Origin: Malacoraja senta
Taxonomy: Eukaryota
DNA length: 64,000 nucleotides
Direction of reading: 5' to 3'
Assembly: GCA_038087875.1 (NCBI GenBank)
Contig: CM075994.1
Location: forward strand, 3,350,001-3,414,000
Numbering within the stretch: position 1 is the stretch's first letter; each line of letters starts with the position of its first letter. The translations under genes and the position numbers were made by a program. Below, piece after piece: positions 1 to 12,944 of the stretch. The notes under the pieces were generated by a model. The model ran no database searches and was not told where the DNA came from. It was given only the letters and a program-made list of their open reading frames with translations.

Positions 1-2345
1 CCATGGCTGTGGTCGGGCTGCTGAGCAGGTCGATTTTAAACCATCCTGAGTAGGAACCAACTAAAACCACGTATTGTTGGTCGCGCCACTCGAAGATGTC
101 GATTGCCACTGCGGACCAGGGTAAGTCCGGCGTGGGGTGCTGGATAAATTGTTGTTTCTGTTGGTGCGTGGTCAAGCTATTGCAGATCAGGCAGGCAGCA
201 ACCTTCTCTAGAATGTAATTAGCCGGGTCTGGCCAGAGCAGCATTCCTTTCGCATGTTGAAGGGTCATTCCTGCAGCCAGATGGACCCCATGGACAATGT
301 CGAAGTACTTCCTGCGAAGAGACGTTGGGATCACCGCCTTGTGTCATTTCATTATCACGCCGTCCTGAATGACTAGTTCGTCACGGACAGGTTAAAATTG
401 GCGGACAGCTTGTGGCGGGTGGTGCTGTTTGTCTGGACAGCCACGTGTGTAGGTCAGTCTGATGTCATATCTCTGTAGTTCCATCATCATGCGTTGTAAA
501 CGCGCTGATGCCGTGTGGATCGGTTTACTGATGTATACTGACCCAGGGGCTGGTGATCGGTTTCAACCGTGCTCGGGTTGCCAAAGATAATGTCCTTGAA
601 TTTCTTGCAGGCAAAGTTTGCTGCGAGTCGCTCCTTTTTGATTTGAGCGTTGCAGTGTTCAGTCTTGCTACGGGAGGCATCGGCAACTGGTCTGGAGCCA
701 TTTCCGTCGTCTTGTAGGCAAGCAGCGCCCAATCCATACTGAGAGGTATCACGGGTAAGGGTGACGGGTAATTTGGCATCAAAGTATGCGAGGGGTGGAG
801 CGCAAGATATTAGTTGTTTGAGAGTTTCAAATGCCCTCTGCTGGTGTTGGTTCCAGGACCAGAGCGTATCCTAGTGGGTCAGTTATCGCAGCGAGGCTGA
901 TTGCTCGCTGAGGTTTGGGATGAAGTTTCCAAGGCAGTTTACCATGCCTAAGAATCGTTGTAGAGCAGTCATATCCGTAAGTGCTGGCATTTCGTTGATG
1001 GCGATGGTTTTAGACGGGTCTGGCGTAAGTCCGTTGTTGGAGAACACGTGGCCGAGATAAGTCACTTCGTCGACCCGAAACCTGCACTTGAGAGGGCTCA
1101 GTTTCAGATTTGCTTCCCTGGCACGATCTAGGACCAGTTTCAGGTATGAGTCATGTTCTTGTGCATTGCGTCCTGTGACCAGGTTGTCGTCCACAATTAT
1201 GCAACATGGGTAGCTAGCAAAGAGTTGTTCCATAGTGCACTGGTAAACTTTACTGGCTGAATTGATGCCAAGTGGCATTCGTAAACATCGGTAGCGTCCG
1301 AAGGGCGTCGCGAATGTGGTTAACATTGAAGATGCATGGTCTAGTGGCATTTGCCAAAATGTGTTATTTGCATCCAGGACAGAAAAATACTGTGGCTTTA
1401 CCCAGGTTGGCAGTGACTTCTCCCACCGTCCGATTGGGTGGTGTGGCCGTTTCATAACGGTATTTATATGCTTAGACTTGATGCAGATCCTTATTTTGTC
1501 TTTGTTCTTCTTGACTGCTGCAACCATGGTGGAGACCCAGGAGGAATGGTCGCTCACATGGGCTATTAAACACAGTGATTCAATTCTGTCTAATTCAGCT
1601 TTGACGCGGTCCTTCCTTGCGTGCGGGAATTTGTGAGGAGGTATAACATCATTGTCTGTTACAATGCTGTATTATGTGGGAAGCTTGCCCAGCTGATTGT
1701 GAAAAGGCCTTTGTGTTATTCGAGTATTTGTTGGGCAGGACTTTGAGAGGTCGACAGGTGATACACATTTTACAGAAGAAAACTAGGTTCATATTACGGC
1801 ATGCATCATTGCCCAGAAGGAGGGGCACTTCCCGTTTTACGATTTAAAAAATCCTAGTTGTAAACTTGAGACGTTATATGGCATTGTAGTGTAACCGTAC
1901 CAACTGGTTGCTATTCCCTGCCCCCCCACCAAATGGATGTAACTTCGAGTTAGTTTTCAGAACAGTTCGTTGTTGTGAATTCTTTGGAAATCTGCCAGCG
2001 AAATCACGTTACATCTCGCCCCCGTATCAATCATAGCAGCAACCTTGGTGTTGTTGAGACTGAGCGTTGTCATGGATCACTGTCTTTAGCCACAGAATCG
2101 GGAATACAAGAATGTATGTTTTGGCTGACTTCTTGCAGGTGATGCGGTTGCGGTTCTGCTGTTTCAGTCAGTGCCTCGTGGGAGAGTGTGGGTTCAAGTG
2201 CATAGAGAGATTGTTTTGACTGGGCCCTGTTGGCACGGGCGCGGCAGCACCGGATAATGTGGCCATTATTTTTACAATAGTGACAAGATTTGCATAAGCG
2301 AGGCATTGCTCACGAAATTTCGGGTGTGAGCCATCGCAATTACCG
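1..2345 (-). mobile_element. Decayed Ty3/Gypsy LTR retrotransposon internal region (gag zinc knuckle, protease, RT, RNase H, start of integrase); continues past window start
   Basis: ORF 883-1557 has RT motifs (FSVLDANNTFWQMPLD..TTFATPFGRYRCLRMPLG..IIVDDNLV). RNase H-type ADASR/TVETDHQPL at 487-782. Protease AMIDTGARCNVI near 2000-2045. CHYCKNNGHIIRCC knuckle near 2250-2290. Many stops and frameshifts. Confidence 0.92.
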
Positions 2346-2420
2346 CAGTGAGAAGTGGTGAAGGATATAAATGGCGTGAATTAATAAGGGTTAATGGACA
2401 CACACCATACACACAGATAG

Positions 2421-2879
<459 letters not shown>

Positions 2880-2989
2880 TCTTTGTGTAGTGCTGTACTA
2901 CCATGTAAAGGTGGCATGCACTTATGTGTGGTGAAGGATATCTATGGCGTGAATTAATAAGGGTTAATCGACACACACCATACACAGAA

Positions 2990-3543
2990 CATATACTGTA
3001 GTAGGAGCTGCTGCAGACCAGAGCTAGTTGGACTAAAGAGCACAAGATCATCTGCATACATAATGTGGTTCACTAAAATATTACCAATCTTGCGCCCAGT
3101 ATTACATGCTTTCAATTGCTTGGACAGATCATCAAGATGAAGATTAAAAAGGACTGGGGACAATATTCCCCCTTGTCTAACACCATTGCTAACCCCAAAT
3201 GGGACTGAGAGCCTAATGCCCCGTTTTATTTGCATAGTCTGGTGGGCATTTCGGTAAGACAGAATTCTCTCAATGCATCCCTCTTTGACTCATTTTAACA
3301 AACAGCTTTCTATGATTAACAAGATCAAAGCCGTTGGAAGCATCAATAAAGCACATAAGAATTCAAGAGTGTTTGCCTCTATATTCGCTTACAATCTCCC
3401 TTAGGGTGTATATGCACAAGTCAGTGCCATGTTTAGCTTTAAAACCAGACGAGTTATCTGTGGTTAACAAACACATTTACTCTATCCAACAGAATTCTTT
3501 CAAAGACTTTTGACAATATGCTGGATAAAGCTATGGACCTGTA
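2990..3543 (-). mobile_element. Non-LTR retrotransposon RT fragment (RTE-X-like LINE)
   Basis: ORF 2954-3235: GVSNGVRQGGILSPVLFNLHLDDL...NHIMYADDLVLFSP. Upstream FIDASNGFDL motif near 3325-3350. Clade assignment is inference. Confidence 0.8.
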
Positions 3544-3544
3544 A

Positions 3545-3803
3545 TTTTACTTCGGAGTCACGTGAGTGACTACGTGAAGAAGAGCCCGTCCAGCCGCTCA
3601 CTCGTCAATCTTCAAAGCAGCGTAGTGAAATCACAGACGACAATTACTGAAGTATGATAGTAAGATACATAAAGACTAGAATTACCAGCTCGATCTTTTA
3701 TGAGAGTGGGAGCGGATGGCACGTAATCCCTCAACGTAACTCCTCATAAAATAAAGATCAAACTTCAAACTGGTAAATTCTCGTTTAATCTTACTATTAT
3801 TTA
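3545..3803. mobile_element. DIRS-like tyrosine-recombinase retroelement terminus (inverted terminal repeat / internal complementary region remnant)
   Basis: GGAGTCACGTGAGTGACTACGTG (~3554) is imperfectly complementary to CACGTAATCCCTCAACGTAACTCC (~3720). TAGTAAGAT..TACCAG (3658-3688) is complementary to CTGGTA..ATCTTACTA (3770-3796). Confidence 0.5.
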
Positions 3804-4170
3804 GGCTACCTACTTTACCTTAATGACCGGCACTATCAGAACAGATAAGATTGTGTCTGGTATCAAGCCATATGATTCATGGCCAGTAACGCAAATATTT
3901 GGCTAGAAATTACTTTCCTTTCTATTGTACTGGGAAATAAATTCCATCTCGTGGACCAAATAGCGAAATCTTTTAGACAATATTCCACCATACCATATGA
4001 ACGATTGTAGTTCCCAAGTTTTTCCTTGGATCTAGTGCATTGCCATTCACATTGCACATTTGACCAAAACAATAATTTTCCAACCGCACAAAGTCCATCC
4101 ATTGGATATTATGTTGTCCTTTCTAACTGCAGTTATAGAATTGAGACTTTAACTTATTTTAACCTTACAG

Positions 4171-4197
4171 AAAATGAAACTCTGCAGATAAAAATCG
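4171..4197 (+). CDS. Candidate 27-nt micro-exon, phase 1-1: (E)NETLQIKI
   Basis: ttattttaaccttacag|AAAATGAAACTCTGCAGATAAAAATCG|gtaatg; open only in phase 1. Confidence 0.6.
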
Positions 4198-4484
4198 GTA
4201 ATGTACAATATCATTCGGAATGTTTAAGTAACGTAATCATTTTCCTGTTACTTGTGATGCAATTTCTCTCCTTGCAATAATGAAGAAAATTACCGGCAGC
4301 TGCAATCCGAGTTAAAGATCCGCATTTCATTTCACCCAAAAGAAATCGAGAGGATGTAATTTTGAATTATATTAACTAAACTAACGTCTCGTTGTGATGA
4401 GATAAAATACACCAATAATATATAAGTGGCTAGATTCCTTCCATTTACTGTAAAGATACATGAATCGACAGCTGGAAAATACAT

Positions 4485-4790
4485 CATAGAACATTAAACA
4501 GTACAGCACAGGAACTGCCTCTTATCTTCGGCCAAATAAACCCATGCCAACATGATGCCAAATTAAGCTAATATCCGCCCACACGAGATTAATTTCCACC
4601 ATTTCTTTCATATCCACGTGCCCTGATAAAATCCTCTAAAATCTCACTCCTCTCTGCCTCTTCCACCGCTCCGGCATTGTGTTCCCAAGAGCCACCCCAC
4701 TCAGAGGAAAATTAAAACTTGCCCCGCACATTAGCTTTAACTTTGTCCTCGCAGCTTAAATCTGCGGCTACAATCCTTGATATATATTCT
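4485..4790 (-). mobile_element. Old CR1 LINE 3' end
   Basis: catagaacat..acagcacaggaa tail region followed by a degenerate ORF2 C-terminus resembling the younger CR1 copies in the window. Confidence 0.55.
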
Positions 4791-6036
4791 GACTGTTCAG
4801 ACAACGTACAATAATTAACCAGTTTACATGATCTGTGTCCATAGGCAACAAGAGTAAATCTCAATATATGGTCATTCTCATCACAAGTGGTATAGATCAA
4901 ATTCAGTTGCGCCAATGTAGTTTTTCGTGATGGAACTAAAAACTAACTTCTAGCATCCAATGAAAATGTAAATGCGCAATGGGATATTGACACAAATTCC
5001 TTTAATTGAATTGTAGACGACACGGATTCTAAAACTGTATTCAAGCTTTGGAAAATAATCGATGTGCCACCAACGATAAGAGAATGGACATGAGATCGAC
5101 GGAATGTTCCCTGGATCTTTACTCAGAGGATTCTCAGTTTAATATTTCCTTTATGATTCGAACATTTCGAATTGTGATTCTTAGCGTCTGGATGCGATTA
5201 AGTCTGCATCGGTGGAACCGCTACTTCCTACCGTATAATCTAGATTTCGTAGAATGATATTAAAATCGCTGGTTCACTGCCGATATTTCCGGAAGTGTAG
5301 GTAACTGAAAGGTCCTGCTCTTATAACTAAATCTACGGTCTACATTTATGCCAGATACACACTTTCAGTTTGGCTTCGCCCCTCGTAATTTAAAAGAATT
5401 ACACGTTATTAATCATTCCGCAGACGACATATAGCTTGGTCATAAACTAACATTATAGGAGCTAATTATAGGAGTTAAATTTCGTTAATATAACTAAGTA
5501 TTAGTTATAGGTACATTATAGTGAGTATATTTTTACTAGTAGGCACTGTCGTAAAAGTGTATGCATAAAACTAACACGGAATATAACATGTTCAACTAAC
5601 AGCAGACAGGATGAACATATCATTTATCGCTTGAGAGTTAGCTAGTTATCCACTAATTCTACTAATGGCATGCTCCAGGTTTATTTCTTATTATTGATAT
5701 GTAAAAAAAATGTTACCATTGTGATAGATTAACATTTGACAATGCGACATATCAACATGGGCCATATTTGCCCCATATAAATATTATATTATTTTAAATG
5801 ACATAGGTGTCAACCACTGTGCTAAAACAAAATACAATTAATGCATGAGATTATGCTGTGAAATTACAACCAGCAACTCGTAGGCCATAGTGTATGGTCT
5901 GAAAAATGTATAAGTACTAGTCTCCGAAGAAACTACTAATTTATTAGGAAATTAGCATACTAAACTCTCGTGGACGCTGTTATAATATAGAATAGTTGCC
6001 CAAGTAATTGTTTGTCAAACTTGTCTATTCCTTCAG

Positions 6037-6060
6037 TTGAAAAATCGATGGAAATTAAAG
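6037..6060 (+). CDS. Candidate 24-nt micro-exon, phase 1-1: (V)EKSMEIK
   Basis: tgtctattccttcag|TTGAAAAATCGATGGAAATTAAAG|gtaatt. Confidence 0.6.
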
Positions 6061-6488
6061 GTAATTTTGAAATTTGTTGTTGTGCAAGCACTGCGAATAT
6101 CACTTGTTTTTAAATGTCTTCATTATAAAACTGTTTATAGGTCAGATTATTGACGGGGAAGCCGAGAGCTGAGGGAAAACCCGGTAGCATATTAATCACC
6201 GGGAATCTTACGAAATTGAAATGTACGTCGTTGCTGTAGAATAGGTTGCACGGTGCAATGATGTCCACCACAATCCTTTGTTAAGGATTCCACCGAATGG
6301 CTACAGGTATCTTGCAGAGTGGAAAATTAGCAAAAATGATCATGTTTCATATCACTACCAACACAAAGCATGGAGGATTGGACGAAACCAGCAGGCAGAC
6401 ATAGTTAGGAGAAAGAAGCAGGGTTTAAATGGTAGGAATTTGCTGCATTGCACCGTGTGTTACGCGCTATTTCGTACAGATTTCAGAT

Positions 6489-6818
6489 CGGCACGGTGGC
6501 GCAAAGGTGTAGTTGCTGCCTTCGTGCGCTTGCGGCGCCGGAGACCCGGGTTCGATCCTGACTACTGGTGCTATCTGTACGGAGTTTGTATCTTCTCCTC
6601 TTGTCCGGCGTGGGTTTTCTCCAAGTTATTTGGTTTTCTCCCACACTTCAAAGACGTACAGGTATGTATGTTAATTTGTATATCTGTAAATTGTCCCCAG
6701 CATATGTAGGATGGTGTTATTGGGTGGGGAACCCTGGTCGGTGCGGAATCGGAGGGCCGAAATGCCTGTTCCGCGTTGTATCTCTAAACTAAACTAAACT
6801 AAACTAACTAAACTAAAC
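6489..6818 (+). mobile_element. tRNA-derived V-SINE (HE1-like) with (TAAAC)n tail
   Basis: Box A GGTGGCGCA, box B GGGTTCGATCC, V-domain-like core (GGAGTTTGTA..TTCTCC..GCGTGGGTTTTCTCC..CTCCCACA..AAAGACGTACAGGT), LINE-like 3' end and TAAAC repeats. Confidence 0.88.
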
Positions 6819-7745
6819 TGTGAAAACCATATAGAGGATGAAGAGTTTCGCGTGCTGTACAAACATTTAATATTAAAAATCAGACTTTAATATTAGTACA
6901 ATAGCGATGGCTGCCAAGTGAAGTCTCTCTGTCCTCTGGTGCACCCCGTCACCTGCCCACACATATCCGCGTTGAATGGTCGGCCCAGATCACGCCAGTT
7001 CACGCGAGATCTCGAGCTCGACAAACGAAGATTCGAGACCAAAGAGGTCGAGTGAGGTGACCTGGTCTCGTGTAATTGACTCATCTGTTCGGGGTTGCGG
7101 CTGATTGAGTTGAGAGCGGGTTTAGTCGTGATGGCGTACGCCCTCTGTGGTCGGGTTGTGCCAACTGCACTGGTTGGACAATGTCCAAGTGTGCCGGATT
7201 AAGACGGTTCACGGAGACATTTTATTGTCTGCCACCCACGTCAATGATGAAAGCCGTGGCGTCGATCTGCAGTGATGTACGGTGGGAATGTCAGCGAAGG
7301 TAGACGTACTGGCAGGTCCGGAGGACGGGTGGGTGGTACATCGTTGTGAGACCATGTCGGGTCGTTGCGACTGCAGAGGCGGTTCTTGATGACCACGCGC
7401 CGCCAGGAGGAAGTCCCCTGGGACCGTAAGCGGGCTCCGTGCACCAGCTCGGCCGAGGCATTTGCCAAGTCCTCCTTTGGGATTGTGCGTATACGTAGCA
7501 TGACCCACGGCAATTCGTCAATCCATTCTGGGCCCGTGAGCCGTGCCTTGAGGGATGCCTTCATGTCCCGTTGAAAACGTTCGACGAGGCCGTTTGCTTG
7601 CGCGTGGTAGTCCGTTGTGTGGTGCAGATGATTTCCAAGCAGCCGGGCAATTGCTGACCACAGCGCAGAGGTGATCTGCGCACCTCTGTCGGTGGAGATG
7701 TCTGCCGGCACGCCAAAGTGGGCGATCCATTGGCGGTGAGGGCAC
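6819..7745 (-). mobile_element. Gypsy (CsRN1-type) integrase fragment plus 3' LTR remnant
   Basis: WIAHFGVPADISTDRGAQITSALW..HHTTDYHAQANGLVERF..LPWVML..AELVHG; VSVNRLNPAHLD near 7185-7220; minus-strand ..ACA terminus at 6819. Confidence 0.88.
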
Positions 7746-7865
7746 GTCCACAGGTCGCAGTGGAGGTATCCGAGAGCGGAACGGATCCTCGGGAAAAAAA
7801 CTGAGATCACGCTGCTTAACCGTGCCGCGCTCGTAGTTTGCGAAAGATCTGTAAAGTCTCCCGTT

Positions 7866-8260
7866 ACCATCCTCTATTTCAGGAAAACAATCCCAGCCAC
7901 TCCAGTAACTCTTTATAAAATATACAAAATTGTCAGACCGGCAACATCCTTGTTAATCTTTTCCGCATCTTCAGGAGAATAATCATATCATTCCTGCAGT
8001 GTGGCGATTAGGAGTGCATAAAACACAGCAAGTTCGTTCCCACTCATTCCTTATACCTCTGTACAATCATATGAGAACACTTGCACCTAGTGCTCAGTCC
8101 GATTAAGAGAAGCATAGTTCTTTTGTTGCCACTCCCAATTAACTATAGAGTTACAACTCATTTATTTCCCAAGGAGCTTCCATTTACTCTTGAAATCCTG
8201 CCTCCGTTTACCTCTCCAAGTGCAGCACTTCACACTTGTCTGGGTTAAAATTTAGAGACA
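7866..8260 (-). mobile_element. Old CR1 LINE fragment
   Basis: Degenerate similarity to the ORF2 3' part of the other CR1 copies (ggcaacatccttgttaatct..cagtgtggcga). Confidence 0.5.
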
Positions 8261-9246
8261 CTGGTCATAATCTTCCAAAGCTGTATTGAATCTGTTATGT
8301 TTCCCGTGATTAGCAACATGTACATATTAACATCTTAGACCAAAAATAGCGTCGGTGAACCCAGTAATTACACTCCAGTCTGTAATTCTTCGGCGATGCC
8401 AAAAGTTCCAGAATTAATAATGAGACACATAAAGAGTATTTTCTTCGTGGAGTACCAAAAGTAGATTGGTTATTTATATCACCTTGCATCTCATAAAAAT
8501 AAATCATATCAAATTGTACTTATGAAGTGACGTGGAATCTGGAGAGAAGAAATCCAGTCAGCGTGGTACATGCATACGTTTTATAAAATAGAGTAGTCAA
8601 CTTACCCATCAGAAATATGTATTTTGGGTTGTTAGGTGAAACACATGCGCTGCTCGGGTGAAGAATGCGACCCAACTCACACGGGACCAGCTCTATCAAA
8701 TTGCATAAACAGTCGATTCTCATATTAGAGAACGGCATGTTCAATTTTGTTGATCACGCAAATTTGGATCCCCGGTGACGCATGAGGCGGATAGCAAAAG
8801 ACCAAGGAACAAGAGCAAATAAAGCACGATGGCATTTCATACGGCATCTCCATACGTGAACATCAGTGGATTATTATCCAGTTGTGGGAATGTCCATTTT
8901 GGTCATTTGTGGAGCAGGTGCACAAGATATTTGTCTTCGACATTTGTATTAAGTTTTCCTTCGTATGCGAGAAGAGATTGTAGAAGATCTTGATTGTAAT
9001 AGCTACAAATGTGTAGAAGAGAAAGAAAAAAAACAGTTCGCATTTGTGGAGAGGGAGGGGAGCATTTGATCAAAGTAAAAATGATCAGCAAAACAATCAC
9101 AGACGACTTTAGAAAGAAATTAACAAATGAATGGAATCAGAAAAGCAGTTTGCTGTTTGGGATAGGGTATGGAAATTTACGTATCAGAAGGGAATCAGAA
9201 ACATCTTCAGATAATGAACATATCGAGCTGTGGAGTGAGAGCAGTA

Positions 9247-9537
9247 AGTTTAGTTTAGTTGAGTTCAGAGATAAAGGCCGGAAACTGGCCCTTCGGCCCA
9301 CCGAGTCATCACCGACCAACGATCCCCGCAAATTAACATTCTCCTCCACACACTATGGACAATTTACACACATCAATTAAACCTCCATACCTGTACGTGG
9401 GAGGAAAACCCCACGCGGTCAAGGGGAGAAAGTTCAAACTCCGTACAGACAGCACCCGTAGTCGGGATCGAACCAGGGTCTCCGGCGCTGAAAGCTCTTT
9501 AAGGCAGCAACACTACCGCTGCGCCACCGTGGCCGCC
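9247..9537 (-). mobile_element. V-SINE (HE1-like)
   Basis: Reverse complement of the 6489 SINE: GTTTA repeats, GGGATCGAACC, CTGCGCCACCGTG. Confidence 0.88.
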
Positions 9538-9822
9538 CATAGGTAGTTTTCACTTTCGAGAGATGGTTCAGAACTTGAAGGACCAATTAGTACAACCATT
9601 AAGTGCTACTGACACCAATATCACAATCTCTCATTATGAGACACAGGTCAACGCCGTACGAACCTGACTATTTAAAACAATGGATAGATGACATAGATTA
9701 TTTTCCATTCTCCCTCGTCCATAAGTTGTGACGCTCCATACGTTTCAACATTGATTTAAATAATGTTGTATATTTAAACGGAGGCGGACGGTATGTGCAA
9801 TAATCCCTGTATTCATCTTCAG

Positions 9823-9846
9823 AGTTGAAATCAAAACTGAAGGCCG
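9823..9846 (+). CDS. Candidate 24-nt micro-exon, phase 1-1: (E)LKSKLKA
   Basis: ctgtattcatcttcag|AGTTGAAATCAAAACTGAAGGCCG|gtaagc. Confidence 0.65.
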
Positions 9847-11099
9847 GTAAGCATGAATAAAAGTAATATGAGTAGAATTAAGTTTGTTTTTCCATTATGC
9901 ATCTTTTTTATGCCTGTATTTGGCACAAGGGACCCTGGCATTGAAATGGCAAAACAATGTAATACCTTAAATTATTCCAGAACAGTTCCTGCAACTGAAG
10001 AGCTTCTTCACCACCAGACAGATTTTTTAAATCATTGTTTTTCGTAATGGTTTATGTTTAGAATATCAAAGCCATTTCTATTAGAGTGAATGAGGAATGA
10101 GAAAAACAATTAGGAAAGACAGATGTGGGAAATTAAGCTATGGCATAACAAATAATTAGTGGTCAATTTCAGGTTTAGGAAAATACATGAGAAATGGTTA
10201 TTACTGTTGTTTTCATTGCCAATCGAGAAGGAAGAAGTGGACATGATAGCATTCGTTTGGCTAAACGTTGCCTCAACGTTGTATATAAACCGCCCCTTTA
10301 TCTGCTTGGTCTCTTAATCTATCTTTGGACATTGCACCGTTGGTTTATCAGTCTCATCAAATATGGTTTTGTGCATGCAATCGACGAGCCGACCTAATCC
10401 AGGTTATAATAAGTCCTGAGTATGGGGAATGCCATCCAGGATAATATGTTGTTGGTGGCGTGCTGCTCCTGCCATGGGTTTGGAGAATTGCATGTGCCTG
10501 TAGTAGGACTTCATGTTTCAGTTATAATCTGGGGATTGAGGTTGGTGTAAGATTTCGAGATTTCCACCGCATTTCGGACCTCAGCTTGTAGTACCTTAGT
10601 CGTCAGATTGTTCACGGAGTTCGGGCAGAAGAGTGCTTTGTGCTGAGAAAGCGATACACATAGTATCTGTGACCACGGCTTAAAGTTATGTGGTGATGAC
10701 ATTTGATTGGGATCGCTGTCCTCAGTTAAAAGATTAACATTGCGGAAAGTACGTGCTTTACTCTCACGTTAACTACTCGTTTGATGGAATCGTTATTAAC
10801 TACACGTAATTGAATTTAAATTTTACTTTATTCATGCGCTGAAATCTTGGTTACTTTAATGAAGCAAATTGTCTTAAATATTCAATAGTCCTTAATTACA
10901 GCAAACACTGGTAGGTTCATTGGACGTTCTCGGCCTTCAGAATCCACCACTTCCAAATGAATAATACGAAGAGTAAATGTAATGAACGTGCTGGATCGAA
11001 CAGGATGCGGTCTGATTTCACATTGTTAAAAAGTATAGGCCAAATTGATGTCAAACCATATACGTATCAGGGATGTACATATTTATTTTGTTTTTACAG

Positions 11100-11108
11100 G
11101 AGAAGAAG
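11100..11108 (+). CDS. Candidate 9-nt micro-exon (G)EE; an alternative donor at 11136 gives 36 nt (G)EEGKDLTANCT
   Basis: atttattttgtttttacag|GAGAAGAAG|gtaagg; both versions are in-frame phase 1-1. Confidence 0.55.
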
Positions 11109-11279
11109 GTAAGGACCTGACTGCTAACTGTACAGGTAGAGCTGAGTTTTTAACTATTAAGATCGACATTTTATATTATGAATGCGCGTTTGATTGATGG
11201 TTCTACAAAGAGATTAAAAAAAACTTACATTTGTTTTTGTAAATAAATTTAGTATTTTATGATATCCGCATTTTTACAG

Positions 11280-11305
11280 GTTGAAATGTCTACATGGACA
11301 GATCA
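11280..11305 (+). CDS. Candidate 26-nt micro-exon; reads LKCLHGQI if one base is restored, otherwise an immediate TGA in phase 1
   Basis: ccgcatttttacag|GTTGAAATGTCTACATGGACAGATCA|gtaagt; the start resembles exons 9823 (AGTTGAAATC) and 48163 (AATTGAAATC). Confidence 0.5.
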
Positions 11306-11619
11306 GTAAGTGTAAAAGACTCGGCCATATTTTGCCAACACTCTATATTCGTGATCTATCTTTCTGTAAATAAAACGGATGAATACAATTAACTAAAGCA
11401 AAGATGCAAACAATACAGGTTAAGATTACACGTATAAAAACAGTTGAGGTACTACACTTGCTGACCGCTACCCCCGGCGGCCATAATCTTTTCCCCTCTT
11501 CTTATCCTGCGCATCTCTCAGCCACAGATCCCTCTCCCAATAGATCTTGTATTTTAACTATTAAATTCCAAGGACATTATACATTTCAGTTAGAGTTGCA
11601 AATCTGTAGGAAGTAACTG

Positions 11620-11820
11620 CAGATGCCAGTTTACACCTAAGAAAGACACAAAGTGCAGAAGTAACACAGCGGGACCTGCAGCATCTCTGGAGAACCGAAC
11701 GAATCACTTTTTTCCGGTCAGCCTGAAGAAGGGTCTCGAACCGAAATGTCACCCATTTCATCTCCCCAGAGATACTGCCTGTCCCGCTGAGTTACTCCAG
11801 AATTCTGCGTTTATCTTCAA
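11620..11820. mobile_element. Penelope-like element terminal repeat pair in inverted orientation
   Basis: gtaacacagcgggacctgcagcatctctgg (~11661) pairs with ccagagatactgcctgtcccgctgagttac (~11766); contains CTGAAGAAGGGTCTCGAACCGAAATGTC. Confidence 0.7.
11723..11751 (+). ncRNA. Minimal hammerhead ribozyme core (Penelope type), probably degenerate
   Basis: CUGAAGA - short helix II (GGGUCUCGAACC) - GAAA - UGUC. Confidence 0.5.
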
Positions 11821-12659
11821 ATGTAAATCTCCTCAGTTCACCTGTAATTTATCTTTACTTGCCAGGCGCCTTCATTCTGTTTTTTTTACCAAGTAGTCAC
11901 ATATTATGCAGTTCCCAAATTTCGCTGACTATAGTTCTCAATCAGTGAGCACGTTTATGTTGCTGCACTAAGGTAAACAAGGATCTTAGCCGTGACGACA
12001 TATATCAGGGGATCCATTGCAAAGCTGCACCTGGGAAAATACTTGAATGAACGGCATTAAAAGTATCTGAGAAGGAATGGTGTCTTCGTCACGTTCTCGG
12101 GAAGGCAGAATATGGACCAGCAACATAGGATTGGTGAACTGCCATCAAGACAATCTATATGAAATTTAAAACACTTCGGGTGATGACCTGCGCAAATTTC
12201 AGTTGACTAGCCCTCATATTTTATTTAGACCCGAATTTGGTGCCCAGAGATATTGTTAAATTACTTTGGATTCGAGCTTGATCCACTAAAGTGACATATT
12301 GTCGGATATGAGTGCAATTTGCAAAATTGCAAGTAATATGAATATGCTTGCAAATTTCAGAGTGACTCATACTTCTTTTGTCGGGGTGGGTGGGGATGGG
12401 GGGTGGTAAAAACATCAATGGTATTCTGATTCATTTTCTCATTCAGAAATAACGATGACCTAATCATTAATTTGCCGATTTAAACGGCAAACTATTTGTA
12501 ATCCGACTGATAGTGTTCCTCTCTGCCGCCGAGCTGCAATGATGTTAAGTAAAAAAAGTGCAAGCTTACTCACCTGCATTTGCTAAATTTACCTCTGCCC
12601 GAAATGAATTGAAGCTGCAGTATCTATATTTGGGGAACCTGGAATACCATGACGAATTA

Positions 12660-12944
12660 CAGTGGCTTGCAAAAGTATTCATACCCCTTGAACTTTTATT
12701 CATTTTGTCACGTTACAACCACAAACGTAAATGTATTTTATTGGGATTTTATGTGATAGACCAACACAAAGTGGTGGATAATTGTGAAGTGGAAGGAAAA
12801 TAATACATGGTTTTCAAATTTTTTTACAAATAAATAACTGAAAAGTGTCGCGTGCAAAAGTATTCAGCCCCCCTGAGTCAATACTTTGTAGAACCACCTT
12901 CCGCTGCAATTACAGCTGCAAGTCTTTTGGGGTATGTCTCTACC
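12660..12944 (-). mobile_element. Tc1 transposon end (IR/DR-type TIR plus transposase C-terminus)
   Basis: TA|CAGTGGCTTGCAAAAGTATTCATACCCC with the direct repeat GCAAAAGTATTCAGCCCC at ~12854; minus ORF ends ETYPKRLAAVIAAEGGSTKY*. Confidence 0.9.

Noticed and set aside
6489..6565. tRNA gene
   Set aside because: A and B boxes continue into SINE core and tail; no acceptor stem or cloverleaf.
10902..10910. 9-nt segment CAAACACTG with donor gtaggt
   Set aside because: Too short to distinguish from chance; moderate acceptor.
11946..11972. 27-nt AG-GT segment with a good donor
   Set aside because: Stop in phase 1, open only in phase 2, and no similarity to module exons; cannot be excluded without RNA data.
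12574..12594. Minus-strand 21-nt segment with CAG|gtgagt donor
   Set aside because: Isolated; no consistent minus-strand exon series found.
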